A DNA stretch of 64,000 bases from Heterodontus francisci (lineage: Eukaryota): NCBI RefSeq assembly GCF_036365525.1, contig NC_090402.1:20653543-20717542 (forward strand), given 5' to 3'. The translations under genes and the position numbers were made by a program. Below, piece after piece: positions 61,228-64,000 of the stretch (its first letter is position 1; each line of letters opens with the position of its first letter). The notes beneath the pieces were generated by a model. The model had not been told where the DNA came from, ran no database searches, and saw only the letters and a list, made by a program, of their open reading frames with translations.

Positions 61228-64000
61228 TGTTACAACCGACTGCTCAAGATAAAGCCCTCAATCAAAATATATGATTCTGATGGTGGTGGGAGAAACACAC
61301 CGTTGATTCAGTTCCACCCCTCCACAGATCGCCTAACATATAATTTTAAACTTTCCAAATGAAAGAAAACCACAGCCAAATTGACCATCTATTAACCATT
61401 CATGCTGGTCCGGCTGTCTGTCTGTGTCTGTTAATAGTGTCTCAAAAGCCAGTTTTTTAGCTAGTTTCAAATGCCAATCGACAGTACTGTATCTTTGTCC
61501 TTGTACTCCGAATAACTGTATCCTACGGCAACGAGAATGCATTCTTTGACTCAATCCCTGGAGCTTGCTGCCTTAAAGCAGTACTGATCCTTTTCCAGCC
61601 TTAAAGGCACACTGTATACTTCCCAGAAAAGAAAAAACAAAATACAGGATCATAACACATTCCACCCCCCCCCCCCCCCCACCACCCCGGCGGAATGAAA
61701 TGCCATTCCTGAAATATGTTTCATTACAATGTGTAAAAAATACAATTTGAAAAAAACCGCTAACACATTTTTTCCCGCATTTACAGATATACAGTCTTGT
61801 AAAATGTTAAGATTACAGCAACAAGTTCCATCAGAACATTTTCAGCTTTAAATTTTCAAATTAACCCATTTCAAATTTCCAAGCATAGTCTTCCAGTTGT
61901 TTTGTGTTTTCCTTCCAAGTGTCCCTATTGTCCATCACCTCAGCCAGGGGAACTGCACAGCTAGGAGCACTGACCACTACTGGGTTCACTATTCTCTGAG
62001 AAATTTCTCGAGTACCCCTTAACCTATGTGGCATCACTTGATATTGGGAAACCCTGTCCGGTGTAACATAAGCTGACTTTTTCTTACCCTGGGGTGTCAA
62101 AGGAATTTGACAGTATCCCTCCAACACATCTGTCTCTTTAAGACACATGGTGTTCCCCACTCTGTCCATACAGTCCTTTAAATGAGAATTTGGGTAGGAG
62201 TCTGCCTTCTTTACTGCACTGACTTTTCTACAGTCTATGCAAGTTTGAGCCGTCCCACCAGGTTTAGACATCAAGACCATCAGCGAATTCCAGCTGTCCT
62301 GACTAGGTTCAACTAAGTTGCCCTTCAGCATGCATTGTACCTCTGCTCCCCCTATACCCACATCATGTGTGGCTAAGGTTGTACATCCTAGCTTATCCCT
62401 ACAAATGTTTTGAAATGTTGTGAAAACCCTGGTTAGGTTTTCATGTTGTTTTGCCTCCAAGTGCAAAAGCTTATTGTTTAATTTTTCTAACCATTCCGTA
62501 TTCGCTAATCTGACAGTTGGAGGTTCAATATGAGAATTTCTTCGGCCTGTTTCTGCCTCATCCTCACTATCCTTTTCTTTCTCAACAGTCCCGATTACCT
62601 GGCATACCTGTACTGGTTTATCCTCCTCCCTGCGGTAATATTGTTTGAGCAAATTAATGTGACACAACCGGTTCTTCTTCCGGCGATCAGGGGTGTCAAT
62701 CAAGTAATCTACCTTACCCACTCTTTTGATCACTCTATATGGGCCACTGAACTCTGCTTTTAATGGTTCTCCCTGTAATGGTAACAACACTAATACTTCA
62801 TCCCCTGATTTTATGGTAGGTTGTGGTTTTCCTACCATTTGACAGGTATGGCATGTCCTACAAAATTGTCTCACATCGTTTACAAGACCTGGCCAGTAAT
62901 AATGTTGGCTTATGTGTGATTAGGTGTTCCGAATTCCCCTATGTCCTGCAAAAGGAATGTGTGCTAACCTTAATAATCCTTGTCGATATTTAGGTGGTAC
63001 CACTATCTGCTCAACAACTGTCCAGTCTTCATTGGCAGGTCTATGAGCCGATCTCCATTTCCTCCTCAAAACACCTTTTGTCATACAATAGCCTTATGGA
63101 ACTCCTTTCGCATCAGCTTCTGACAGAGCTGTCTGTGCTATTTGGTATATCTCTGCAACAGCTTGCTGTGCTGCAATGACAGATGATCTGTTAAACATCT
63201 CATTTGGATTTTCAAAATCCCCAGATAAGGTTTCAGATACTTGGCTATCTATTTGTGGTGCCCCTTTTACCCCCGCCAATGGATCCTGATAAGCCATTGC
63301 TCGGGTAACTACACACGCAGGAAATATTAATTTCACTCGGTTCCTCTGTAACTATAGGAGAAACTGATACTTTTGATCCAGCCAAATCATTTCCTAGGAG
63401 TAAATCAATTCCCTTTACTGGCAAACTGTGGATAACACCTACAGTTATTATCCCAGATATTAAGTTACTCTCTAAGCATACTTTATACAAAGGTATGGGT
63501 ACATTCTCCCCGCCAATTCCATTAACTAAAACTTTAAGTGTTCAAGGTGCTCTCTGGTGGAAACGTTATATCTTTCCCCAGCAAGAGAGTTTGGGTTGCT
63601 TCTGTGTCCCAGAGTATAATGATAGGTTTTCCTGCCTCACTTACAGGATACAAAGTTACTCTCCCCTTTGACAAAAATTCATTATAACTCTCAGGTATTT
63701 TATTCTTAACCTCTGCACTCCTTTCAGTCTTAGTATCTGGTTTCACAGCTGTCGTTAAAGCTATAGCCTGGTCTGCTATACTCTCAGTCAGAGTTTTTTC
63801 CTTTGCACTAACTTTGCGTACCCCAACAAGTCCTATGGGTTTACCTCGCAATTTCCGGCACTCTGAACGAAGATGACCCGTTTTTTTTTCAATGATAACA
63901 CTTCAGCTTGCGAACCTCACTTCTGCACTCAGCAATTTTCTTTATGGCCTGAGGAGGCCTGGGGCATTCCCAAATGTTCCTCCTTGTCCCCAGCTACTTG
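61228..64000 (-). mobile_element. Gmr1-like Ty3/Gypsy LTR retrotransposon (3' LTR 61228-61657, PPT ~61658-61690, decayed gag-PR-IN-RT), continuing beyond the window
   Basis: Gag knuckle remnant (GHLRSECRK ~63850-63900); protease IILWDTEATQTLL; IN HHCC (YYWPGLVNDVRQFCRTCHTCQ); GPY module; then RT motifs (IDCRKV, DSYP, YCQIPL). IN lies before RT. Confidence 0.9.

Overview
Vertebrate nuclear DNA, not prokaryotic. The repeat set (HE1-type V-SINEs, CR1, Deu-SINE, Penelope) points to an elasmobranch (shark). Two host genes lie tail-to-tail. The first is a four-exon CFAP144/FAM183A-family ciliary gene (+, 15130-23916, 133 aa, missed by the ORF track) with a perfect RFX X-box upstream. The second is ZBTB43 (-, single coding exon 35617-37035), with a CpG-island promoter near 58.4-59.0 kb and a candidate 5'UTR exon near 39.9 kb. 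Most of the rest is nested transposable elements: CR1 LINEs, V-SINEs, Penelope elements with minimal hammerhead motifs, a decayed full-length PIF/Harbinger transposon with two cognate MITEs, a Tx1/L1 3' fragment, and a Gmr1-type Gypsy element with solo LTRs. The most unusual signal is an apparently full-length ~3.3 kb LINE (-, 40833-45042). It starts with a tRNA-like A/B-box head, has no room for ORF1, and has a coding strand almost free of TTTT Pol III terminators. Short 'SINEs' in the window look like its internal-deletion derivatives, so this is a candidate Pol III-driven LINE/SINE system. All counts and alignments were made by eye; family names come from recalled motifs, not database searches.
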